A stretch of DNA of 40,098 bases from Intoshia linei. Its lineage: Eukaryota; Animalia; Orthonectida. The notes beneath the pieces are model-generated. The model did not search any database. It was not told the DNA's origin and saw only the letters and a program-made list of their open reading frames with translations. The translations under genes and the position numbers were made by a program. This document shows, piece after piece, positions 1 to 10,857 of this stretch. Numbering within the stretch: the first letter of the stretch is position 1; every line of letters begins with the position of its first letter. The stretch is from NCBI GenBank assembly GCA_001642005.1, contig LWCA01000206.1:1-40098 (forward strand), read 5' to 3'.

Positions 1-1346
1 GTGCTTTTTACTGGAAGCGCATGAATAGAAACACGATTACTGATGCTAACGAAAGCACTTGCCCAGAATTTAAAGATAATATTTCTAGACTGACATTTCT
101 GGTATGTAACGTATAATAAACATTGTAGATGCACCTGAAGTGGAAGGCACTGATTATAAAATGAGTGATAAAGATGATTTGGATTATATCATTTTTAATG
201 ATACTAAGTATGGAAAATTCAGAATATTTAACTAAACAGTTTAAAATAAAGAACATGACGATTAATGGAGTTAATTCCACAGATCACAGAATAAGACATT
301 CTGAATTCCTTACATTTTATGGAGAAGAAAAAAATGTGGTTTTCTTTCATGACATCACTAGGCTAACATATTACATGAATGTTATTATGGATGCGATATG
401 TACATATGGAGCGATGGTTTCTATTTATCGATTCATCTTCCAAAAGCCTAAAAAAGGTCTTATTGATTCTCAGACTAAATTTCAAACAATTGTTATGTTT
501 TATTCTACAGAATCGAAGGAAAACTACGAAAACAGACAAATGTTTGAAACTCATTAAATACTCTGAAAATTTATGGAACGTTTGCCGTGATTTCAAACTG
601 ATATATATTGTCAGCGGGACACAAATGGGTGCTGTAAAATATCCATGCCCATTCTGTCTCTTTGATGCTACTGATAAGAGTTATCATTATATAAAAATAA
701 AATGGCCTGAAAAACCAGAAGTTGGTGTTATTGACCAGTTTAATTTTAAAAAACCACCTTTAATATACAATTCTAAATTAATTTTACCACCACTTCACAT
801 AAAATTAGGCTTGGTTAAACAGTTTTTGACTCAATTGCACAAAATAGCTGTTTTATCTAAATTAACAATGGCAGACAAACCAATCTCTATTCTGAAAAAA
901 ATTTTCCCAGAAATTTCAGATTCAAAATTAATAAAAGGAATCTTAAAAGGCCCTCAAACAAAAAACTCTTGAAATCTTGTGAATTTAGATTATTTTTATC
1001 GAATCATCAGCTTCATGCATTTGAATGTTTTAAAAATATCGTAGAACAGTTTTTAGGTAAATATGAATTTATTCTAATTTTTTAATGTAATTCCTATTTT
1101 TTTAGGAAATTATCGGAGTGAATATTGGAGAATTCTATTATAAAACTTATCCTTAGTTTTGATAATATGAATTGCCTTTACAGTATTAAAGTCCACATTC
1201 TTGAAGCTCATGCTAATTTATTTCTACGAAAGTGCGGTGTTTTCTCAGACGAGAAGGGAGAACGGTTTCACCAAACATTGAGAATATATGAACAACGATT
1301 ACACAAAACAAATTTAAAAAACATGGTGTGTGAATATTCATGGTGA
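1..1346 (+). pseudogene. Decayed Chapaev-type (CMC superfamily) DNA transposase, frameshifted; 5' end probably outside the window
   Basis: Family motifs GAVKYPCPFCLFD, LILPPLHIKLGLVKQF, SKLIKGILKGPQ, QFLGN, SIKVHILEAH and FSDEKGERFHQ are spread over different frames (ORFs 379-972 and 1125-1346). A GT-AG intron at 1057-1105 restores FL-G-N. Confidence 0.8.
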
Positions 1347-1963
1347 AGTAAAATCATGAATCAAAAATATTTGTAAATAAAATAAACTTACACTGTTAAT
1401 ATTTTTATTTTGTAATTCGTTTTTAATTCATTAATTACGCTTGATGGAGACGTAAACCATTTCGGTGAAATAAATTGTATCAGTACTTTTAAATTCTCTT
1501 TCATACAAGATAAGATTCGTGAAGAAAGATTTTGATTTGAACAAATTTATTTTATTTCAGGTGTGTACTGTAACTGTTTTAAATTTTTTTTATTTTTTTA
1601 GATAAAATTTAAATTATATATTTAACAATATGACAGTCATAGCTAGAGAAAAAGTCAAAAAACAAAGTTAATATATCCATTTATTCATTATATTACCTTA
1701 TTTTTGCTACCCCGTATCTCGGGTACCTGACGTACAACAATAAAAAAATAATATACATAATGATGCCAATAAAAACTACACATATGTATAATGATATGAA
1801 ATAAAAAGATTTTTGTTGACTAGTGTTATATTCAAAGGAAAGTTACACGTCCGCGTTACACTTTCAAAATTGACTGCACAATGTATAGTACACATTAAAT
1901 TAATAATTTTTAAATTAGGAACTTAGAACTACTGCCCTACAGATATATGAATAAAAAACTTAC

Positions 1964-2384
1964 ACCGATAGCGTTGCATTTTCCGTGCGCTACTTCATTT
2001 TTTATAATTGTAGTATTGAAACAGTCTCGCGTGTAAAGATTCGGATTTTTATCGTTATCAATATAACTAGGTACATTTTTACAATTCAATCAATCATAAA
2101 TATAGCTAATTTTAACCAAATTTTTAGGCTTAATTATATAAATATGAATATTACTGGAGTAATTCTACTGGTACACATATATTCTCTATACCATTTAATA
2201 TATTTTCTAGTTCAGCAAGATTTTTGATTACCGAATTGCTAAATTTAAGAATAAATTAAAAATAAATGAAATCGTATGAATTAGAGCTTTGTACGGACCG
2301 ATATTATACAATTCTTACCTGCCTATATCCGTCAATATTTTTGAAAGGGAACCGAATTGTTTTGAGAAATTCGTGTATAATCAT
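1964..2384 (-). CDS. MED10: Mediator subunit 10 (Nut2)-like; 5' and 3' ends unresolved, possibly a pseudogene
   Basis: Exons 2238-2155 and 2066-1964 splice to NSVIKNLAELENILNGIENICVPVELLHYIDNDKNPNLYTRDCFNTTIIKNEVAHGKCNAIG, matching MED10 VPLEVFEYIDQGRNPQLYTKEC..KNEQVKGK. The upstream segment NFSKQFGSLSKILTD (~2371-2327) resembles KFVENIRQLGIIVSD. Confidence 0.75.
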
Positions 2385-2574
2385 AGCTATAAAATAATTT
2401 ACTTTATCCGCCCGTTTTTATTTATTATTCCACCATTTTGTAAATGTTAAATTATATTTATAGCCAACTTTGTTTAATATTATCGTTTAAATAAATAAGT
2501 TATGTGGACAATGTGCGTTGGAAAACTGATTCGAGGTCATTATAATGACTTTTAAATTATATAATTTAAAAATT

Positions 2575-2930
2575 TAAATAAAAAACAGTGAATCTTACAT
2601 TTTGGTATTATATGACGTTTGACCATTTGTTTGAAACTCTTTAGTCATCATATTTAATTGTCTTAAATTTTCAACGCATAGAAATAAATGATTTTCGATT
2701 CCTTCTTTTTCATTTTGAAATTTTTTCATTTGATACAATTTTAATATACTAACTTTATTGATTTATAATTTTTGTTTAAAAAAATTTATCCTATTTCTAG
2801 TTATTTATCCTATTTTTTAGAGAATGAGTGTATAATCTTAAAAATATAGTAAAAACAGTAAATCCTAAAAATTGCAATAAATAGTTTAAATTCCAGAAAA
2901 AATAAAAATAAATTTGCATTTTATTTTTTA
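2575..2930 (-). mobile_element. Fragment of the Helitron-like repeat family
   Basis: Segment aaaacagtaaatcctaaaaatt...aaattccagaaaaataaaa is similar to 23495-23555. Confidence 0.45.
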
Positions 2931-3484
2931 CTGTGATGGTATCAGTGGTGTAGCGTGACTTTTCTCACAAGGTGTTCGGGAATGGTTCCATGGTAACATA
3001 ACATTTTTAAATTAAGTTAAAATAAATACAAAAATATAAAGAAATGTTCATAAGGGGTCGCGAATACAGAAAATTTGAAAACCACTTCTATAAAGTATGC
3101 TTGAAAGATAACTTGTATTTGATATGAATTTAATTTTTTTTATTCTTGTAAATAGAATTTTTCAAATAAATAAGTTTAGTTTGATAATAAAAAAATGAAT
3201 TAAGTTCTTTTTTTACCGTCAAGGCGTCATTTTGTCAGAATCAAATTTAACGTACAATCAAGGTTACCAACATTAAGTTATTCTCAATCTGAATTTTTGA
3301 GTGAAGCTACAAATTTTGCTGAAGCGCAGCAAAGCGTGATACAGTGAAGCGAAATTTTTTTTAAAGCCCTCTTTTACTTTGGGGTCTCTTTTTCAAAAAA
3401 TATGGGTGTCACTAAGTAATGGAATATAATAAACTGCTAACACTAAGAGTCTTCACCATAAAGAAAAAAATTATAGAATATAAA

Positions 3485-3875
3485 TAGAGTTAAAAGTTAA
3501 TTTACGTTATTTTGGTAACAAATACTTCATTTTAGTAAATTCCATACAAATTATACGTACTCTATTATTAAAGTGAAAAAAGAATTTTAAAAATTAGAAA
3601 CTAAATATTTATTTTACTTCTTTGTTCAGTATAAAGTCGTCAAAAAAAACCTTGTTTGTTACATTTTTTTTTTAAAATTAAAAATCTAGTTTCTGAAATA
3701 TTAAGATACCATATTACAAAAAAATTAAAAATATTCTCTGGTGTGAACACCATTTTTATAAGATTAAATTTAAATTTAAAAAATTTTTCACTTTTATAAT
3801 AAAGTATAATTTGTATGGAATTTACTAAAATAATCTATTTGCTACCAAAATAACGTATATTTACCATGTAGCCTA
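3485..3875. mobile_element. MITE/foldback element with ~100-bp imperfect terminal inverted repeats
   Basis: tacgttattttggtaacaaata...ttttagtaaattccatacaaattatac...aaagtgaaaaa (3503-3580) is the reverse complement of tttttcacttt...gtataatttgtatggaatttactaaaa...tatttgctaccaaaataacgta (3784-3858). Confidence 0.7.
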
Positions 3876-4074
3876 TAAATAAAATATGTCTGTCTGATGA
3901 TTTTGATTGAAATAATTAAATTACCCCGAATTCTCATGGGAAAAATAACGCAGTTGGGAACTCTGCGTACAATAAACATTATCACATGATCACACTTTCA
4001 AATATATGTAGGTTTGATATTTTCACGTCGGAAATTTCGACAAAAAAGTAAAATCAACTATTTATTGAGTAATT

Positions 4075-5041
4075 TTAAACTGTCATTGGTGGCGCACAAC
4101 TAGATATAAAATTCGCAGCCTTTTGTAAAATTGTAGATATTATAGAAGGACATTTGGTCGTTTTTGCAAAATTATCAATAATGGATACCTTCAAATGGAA
4201 AAATACTTGTCTGAAAATAAACAATATAAAAAACTTAAAAAACCAGATAAAAAACCTATGATAAGAATTTCTTCTTGACGCATATCGAAACTTGAGAAAG
4301 TTGTAATACAAAATTGGCATAATTAATGATCCACTGCCTCTAAAACATGAATTGAAAAATTTAAAAAAATTAACCTGAATAATCTAAATACAAGCATGGG
4401 AAATTGAACAACTTCAAAAGCTGCAACAAGTGTAAGTAAAAGTTTTTGATTAATCATAATTTTGTAGAGTCCACGATATATAAACGATTGATTGTCAATT
4501 TTAATTTTCTGAAAATGTAAAAATATAAATAAAAATACGGAAAAACGTACACCCAACAAAGTTATTAAATAACAAGTCAATCCAATTACAGCATACAGGA
4601 ATATGTTTACCATGTGGCCTAAAAAGGATTAAATGTAGAAAAAATTTGATTCTACCAAAATAAAATGAATTGTAAATCATGACAGAATATAGAATGTAGT
4701 GTGCACTGTCCTCTATCAAAATTGTACCCAAGTAAACTTTAGAGAATTCCAGCCGTAGTGGCACTCTTGATTGTAACCGAATTATGAATACTGACAGGTT
4801 ACATACTACTATTATGTGGTATAAGTTTGTGTTGCTAAAACTAAAACATTTAGTTTTGATAGTTTCATTCATTCAAATTTAAAAACTTACTCGTAAATAT
4901 AATATAAGGAACCAAATGTGATTATTAAACGTAAAATGAATAACAAAAATTGCTTTTTGTCACATTTTATATGGTTCTAAATATTTTATCAATATTTTCA
5001 AATGTTTAGTTTACCGAAATTATAGATAGTTTTGATACCAT
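4075..5041 (-). CDS. TMEM33: Transmembrane protein 33 (Pom33/Kr-h2 family), multi-exon
   Basis: Spliced motifs IRLQSRVP..FSKVYLGTILIEDSAHYILYS and PILYYNFLKFRYASRRNSYHR, and C-terminal CPSIISTILQKAANFISSCAP, match TMEM33. ATG at 5041 (MVSKLSIIS then a gtaaac donor); several short introns. Confidence 0.92.
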
Positions 5042-5659
5042 TATACGTTTTCAATGACAAATTTTTCAAAATATTTAGTCACCATAGATATAATTAATAA
5101 GGTGAACATTTTTCAGCTGCTAAAATTTCAGTCTGTCTGCTGTATACTGTAGTCTCCACAATTTAAATTCTATATTCATTTTCCAACTTGGTACTTCCCA
5201 GTGTATTTGATAAATGTTTTAGTGTTAATTTCTATTTGAGATATATATTGTTACTAGAGACTATATTTGAAAATGGTTGAATAATTTATACAAGCTTCTA
5301 CCTATGTAAATTTAACCAACCCGTAAGGGTTCATTGTTATTATAAACACTTGATGTAAAAACACAATTTTAGCAAAACTTATGAGTAAATATGTCCATTC
5401 AATCCAAAAAGTAAATTACGAATTTACAGTGCAATAGTTAAAATATCGAAAATGGTAGAATGTCATAATGTAGGGATCGTAACGAAACAGTTATTAATGC
5501 GCGGATAAGTAAAAAGGATTTGTATGTAAATACCAATTAAACAAGTACAGTAATTTTTCATTACCGAAAAAAGTAATTCAACCCCAGTGTTACTTAAATT
5601 TAGAACTTTATGAGACTAAACGTGAACTTTTAAATATTAAAAATTTATTTATACATAAT

Positions 5660-6591
5660 TTAATCTCCGAATAGACCACCAGCTCCAAATGAATCTGCAT
5701 CAGATTCTTCATCGCTTTCTGCTTTTTCTAAAAAATTAAAATAAAAAGTCATATATTAAATAAACCTTCTTTCTTTTCTTCCACCTTTTCGGTTGAACCT
5801 GCACAGGGTGCGGCAGCACCTGAGCTGGAACCAAAGGAAATTTTTGACATTTTTTCCAATCCTAAATTAAAATATTCATCTACGAAAAAACAAAATCATA
5901 TATTATTTCAAGTACAATAGTTCTCCAAAGCAGGTGTCGATGGAATTTAAAAGATTTTCAGCAAATATACAAGTCTACATCCTTAACCCTTTCACGGTCT
6001 ACTATTTTATGATGCAATCAACACACGTCTGGAATTTATGTTTAAATTATCTATGTGAAAATGTATATAAATAAAATTTTTTCAAAATTATGCTGTGTAT
6101 ATCATAGAATACACAGACGTGTAAAGTGAAATTACTGTGTATAGTATAGAATATACAGAAAGTGAAAGGGTTAAATAATTTCAATCGGAAAAGCATAAAA
6201 TCCAAATTTTAAATAAAAATACATCCAGAACATCCTAGACTTGACATTTTCAATAAAATTAGCGAGGATGCACAAGGCAGTGATGTAAACTGTAAGATCT
6301 TCCCTAAAAGACTCACAAATCAAAAAAAATAGAGTTTAGTCCTCACCAAACCTCGTATTCTTGAAGAGACTGCAATTTAAAAACAGATCATTAGTCTACA
6401 TAATTATAAATTAATTTACCCTGTGAGATGAGAGTTTCAATATTATTTGAATTCATTTTATTCAAAACAGTTTTGGCAACTTCCGGTTCAAATTCTGCAT
6501 CAATACTACTGAAAATTTTTTCGATATCCTTAATTGTGGGGTTATCATTTCCTCCCATTCTTGCCAATAGAGTTGCTGTAATGTATTTCAT
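5660..6591 (-). CDS. RPLP2: 60S acidic ribosomal protein P2
   Basis: Exons 6591-6420, 5861-5766 and 5727-5660 give MKYITATLLARMGGNDNPTIKDIEKIFSSID...LISQGLEKMSK...GAAAP...EKAESDEESDADSFGAGGLFGD*. Confidence 0.93.
5987..6170. mobile_element. piggyBac-type MITE in RPLP2 intron 1
   Basis: TTAA on both sides (5983-5986 and 6171-6174) and 9-bp TIRs CCCTTTCAC / GTGAAAGGG. Confidence 0.85.
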
Positions 6592-6742
6592 TCTTCCTAT
6601 TTAAATCAAATTGATTCTGAAAATTCTGAACACGATAGTATAGCGATAATGCGTTTTTGATTTAATAGTTACAAACTTTAAAAAAACTTTATTTATTTAT
6701 ATAAATTGTAAAATTAATAATTTATTTTGACATTTCATACTT

Positions 6743-8881
6743 TTATGATTTTATGCCAAGTTTTTTCTTCTTTTTTTCTTTGTGTCTAACGACTTGTAAA
6801 TTTCTGTCTTTCCAGCAACTTTTTCTTAGTTTAATGGGTCGACTACCAACGTATTTACCATTCATTTCTCTCATTGCCAATACAAAATCTTTTGCATTTC
6901 CAAGACTTACAAATCCATATCCTTTAGATTTATCAGTTCTTTTGTCTCGGACAACTCGAGCTTTTTGGAAACTCTAAAATTACATTTTTAATAAACGACG
7001 TAAATTTTTTTAAAATTTAAATATTTTTTACTATTTATTGGAAATATGTTACCTTTCACTAGGGTTGACAACTCTGTTCAAATAAATTAAAAGGATATTA
7101 TAGGTCTGGATAGCATCAAATATGATGCATTCTGCCTTATTAAATTTACTGTAATCTATAACAGTGTTTTCCAAACTTTTCCAAGTTACAATACTTTTAA
7201 GTTAAAAAAATTTCCTATAGGTCAGTTTTTTTATAATATATCAATAAAGCCACGTTCCAACGTATCCCGTTCGTTTATACTGTATCATGTTCTGTTATGT
7301 TAGTTAAAATGAGATGTCTGTCTATTCATTTGTAACCATTTATTTAAAAAAGTAATAGGCGTAAAGTTTTAATAATACCCATTTCTAATACAATTTATCG
7401 TGGGAAGTGTTTTATCGCAAATTTCATTTTCAGAAATTGAGCCCTTCATGTCAAAACCACAAATTATCCTTTTTTTAAATGAAACGAGTTTTAGAATTAT
7501 AAAAAATACACAATTTGACAAAGATTTTAAAATCATCAACATTAAAGTATATTGAATTACAAAATATTATATCTTCACGGTCAAAACCACAAATTACCCT
7601 TTTTGTACAAATGAAATAAGTCCTAGAATTTAAAAAAAATTTACAGTTGATAGTTATATCCAGTTAACTCACTCAAAAATTTTTAATCTGACACAGTGAC
7701 ACTACACTGTCAATAAAGCACTTTAATCGTCATTTTTTTTATTTCGAAACTATTTTATTAAAAAAAAAATTTAAAATAATTAATGATCCTACAATTAAAA
7801 TTAAAATTTTCCTGATGCAGCTTATTTCTTTTGATATAGAGACCAAATTTAAACCAGAAATCTACGTATTCCCGGTGAAAAAACTTTTAATACATTATAA
7901 ACCAATATTTTTCAAATGTTTCAATAAAAATTAAAAAAAAATTTATTGAACATCAACACATTTCCAATAAAGACATATGGGTGAAAATCTATATAATTCA
8001 TTCTTATTATTAAATCTAATAAATTGATTGTTTCGGTTTTTTTTATTTTCAGAATATTAAAATCATTAATCGTAAACCCAAAAAGTTCATTTTCTCGATA
8101 AAAACTCCAAATTACCATTTTTTATCGGCTGATGCTGACCCTACACTTAATAAAATCCATAGACAACTTTATAAAAAACTACATGTAAATCAAAAAAGTG
8201 ATATTTTTTCAAAAAATGATTACTTTTGAGTCAAGTGTATTAATACCAAATCCCAAAATAAACATACCTGATATTTCCTAAAAACTTGAGCTAAAAGTTC
8301 ATCAGTAGTGTCATTACCCAAATCACCACAAAATATTCTGTAATCGTCTAAAATTGATAAATTGCAAAACAAAAATAATTAAAACAATACCTTTATCCCA
8401 AAATTCGAGCAATGGATCATACCACTTGTTATCACCGGCACATCGCATCATTTTAAGAGATTTTTTGTTTTTATTTATTTTTTCTTCCTGTTGTCTTTCC
8501 AACTTTCTCGTCTTCTCTAACGCTATACACGTTGATTTTACATTGGGTTGTTTCGATCGATCAATTTTTGTAGGTATTGGTGGTTCAACTGGTAAATTAA
8601 TAACGACTTGTTTAGAAATTGGTTTATATTCTGGATCAGTTCTCAGTACTGGTTTACTTCCATATGTAATTCTTGTGGTCATAACTGGTTTATCTTCCAT
8701 GACTTCATCTATTTTTTCCACTTCTGATATAGCCTGTTGAAATCTATAATAATGAGTCAAACTATATCACAAATTAAAATATCGACTAGCAATATATTCA
8801 CCAATCGATATATCGCTAAAATAGTTTTAAAAACAGTTTAATCGTTAATTACTTTAAAAATTCGTCATCTAAATTAGACAT
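6743..8881 (-). CDS. RBM42: RNA-binding protein 42 (tri-snRNP-associated RRM protein)
   Basis: Exons 8881-8853, 8743-8391, 8347-8268 and 6973-6743 give MRCAGDNKWYDPLLEFWDKDDYRIFCGDLGND...SFQKARVVRDKRTDKSKGYGFVS...AMREMNGKYVGSRPIKLRKSCWKDR. Confidence 0.95.
7300..7930 (+). mobile_element. Helitron-like repeat family copy in an RBM42 intron
   Basis: The unit gtcaaaaccacaaatta(t/c)ccttt occurs at 7450 and 7580 (130-bp period). The 5' atgtctgtc..gtaaccattta and 3' ccagaaatctacgtattcccggt segments are shared with other copies. Confidence 0.65.
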
Positions 8882-9131
8882 TTTATATTTTTTGTAAAAT
8901 TATCAAATTCAATCAACTTTTGTTATTGTATTACAGTAACCAAGTTATTGGACGTTGTTAGTCATAATTAAATCTGGAAGTTTCAATTTGAAACAGTAAA
9001 ATAAATATTATTATAATGTCAAGGAGAATTTTGAATTTTATTGATTTGAATCAAATTATTTGATATTAAATTTAAATTATATTTTGGCTTTATTTATGAT
9101 TAGATTCATTCAAAAATGAAAATGAATATTA

Positions 9132-10845
9132 ATGAACGCAAGTAAGAAGTCAGTAGTACCGACTTTTAATTTACGTAAAAAACTGATTAATCAAATTGAA
9201 CTTTACTACCATTATCTTTTTATCTACCAACTTTATGCAATATTCAATTTATCTGTAAGAACGCAAAAGCAAATTGGCTTAGGCAATAATATTAGATAAT
9301 AATGTACGTTTAGATAAAGTGGCCAGAAAAAATACGTACAATATATAATAATATAATTTTAATTTTAGTTTATTTAGTGTTAGATGTAAGACAAAACTAC
9401 TTATCTTTGATGACGAATAAAAATTTTTGGCTTAAAATTTATTCCAAATAAACTAAAACTAAAAGTTATAAATTATAGTACGCATTTTTCTGGCCACTTT
9501 AGCTTAGATTCAATATTTTTGTATATAATATTTTTTTGGAAATTATTCGTTTAGCGCTTATTAACCTTAAAGTTTCAGATAGTCTTTTTTTTAGTTAAGC
9601 TGACGATTATCGCCTTCTCGTTTATTTATTTAAAATGTTGACAAATTTATTCGCTGAAATGTTTCACTTCAATATTTTATTTAAAAAATCCACTCAGATA
9701 TAAATATATGTTCCAAGTTGTAACTTGTAACAATAATAATTATACAGTAGGAATTAATAATAATAAATAGTCCAATATATTTTTATCATAATATCGAATA
9801 AATTATCGCTCATCATATTGAAAAATGTCGAGACGTTATCAAAATTTTCGCCAATCCGGTAAATTTAGTATATATTTTGAAATTATGATTCAACTATCGT
9901 ACAATTAGTCAACTATATTTAAAATCATGTTAAAGGACCATAATTTGAATGGATACACGATTTTAATCATAATTTCGATTGTATTGGTTTTATGTATAAT
10001 ATTCTATTCTAGGCCGAGGACATAGAAGCTTCAATTCAGGACCTCCAGATTGCGTAGAAGGTTTATATATATGAAATTTAACCTTTTGTCATGACAATTC
10101 AATAATTATCTATTATTAACTAATTTAAATTTGGTGTACCTGTAATTATAAATTACAAAAATATTTTTTTTTCCTTTTTAATCAAAATCTCTTGTAACTG
10201 ACAATAAAGCAAAATAACTTATATTAATAATTTAAAATTAACAATAAATAAAATACGAGCCTAAACCCAGTCCAACTCTTGGAACACTGTATTATTAACG
10301 ATATTTATAAATTTCTATTTTAATATTTTAGAAATTGGATTTTTAAGTCAACCATGTGAAAACCAAATTGTTTTAAAAAGTACACATTCAAAAATACCAT
10401 ACTTTAACGCTCCAATTTACTTGGACAACAAAGTACAAATTGGTAAAATTGACGAAATATTTGGGCCAATAAATGAAGTGGTAAAAATTGATAAATTTTA
10501 CAATTGTATATTTAAACTTAAAATGTAGTACTTCTCTGTAACATTGGTGGAAAACACAAAAGCGAGCAGTTATTCTAATGGTCAAAAGGTTTATATTTGA
10601 AATTGTTCAAGATATAGTAAATATTTTAGTTTTTCATTGACCCAGGAAAGCTTTTACCTCTAAGTAGATTTGTCGGAGATCAGCCGAAATCACGACCAAG
10701 TTTCGGTTCAAGGGTAGGCGGAGGCCGTGGATTTTCAAGTCGAGGCTTTTCAAGAGGCAGAGGTTCATTTCGAGGTGGACGTGGCGGTCGAGGAGGTCGT
10801 TCCGGAGGAAGTTTTAGAGGACGTGGCTTTCGCGGATCAAGATAA
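9132..10845 (+). CDS. GAR1: H/ACA snoRNP subunit GAR1 (first exon 9132-9141 tentative)
   Basis: Exons 10013-10060, 10332-10480, 10529-10588 and 10630-10845 give [65 protein letters not shown] followed by an RGG-rich tail. Confidence 0.93.
9315..9501. mobile_element. Tc1/mariner-like MITE, copy 1
   Basis: TIRs TAAAGTGGCCAGAAAAA..CGTAC / GTACG..TTTTTCTGGCCACTTTA with TA ends; a near-identical inverted copy lies at 38485-38642. Confidence 0.85.
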
Positions 10846-10857
10846 TGTAAATAAATT

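Noticed and set aside
2290-2440. Stop-codon reassignment to rescue MED10
   Set aside because: Neighbouring genes end at TAA in the expected positions and contain no internal stops, so the standard code fits.
5863-6419. Intronic snoRNA in RPLP2 or GAR1
   Set aside because: I found no convincing C/D or H/ACA box pair on the sense strand; a covariance-model search would be needed.
7450-7610. Regularly spaced repeats as a CRISPR array
   Set aside because: The context is eukaryotic, the whole ~130-bp unit is repeated with no unique spacers, and there are no cas genes.
6753-8740. Plus-strand ORFs 6753-6977 and 8354-8740
   Set aside because: They are antisense shadows of RBM42 exons. ORFs 19913-20146, 21590-21799, 30276-30464, 32777-32998, 33060-33242 and 35263-35469 are likewise shadows of real genes.
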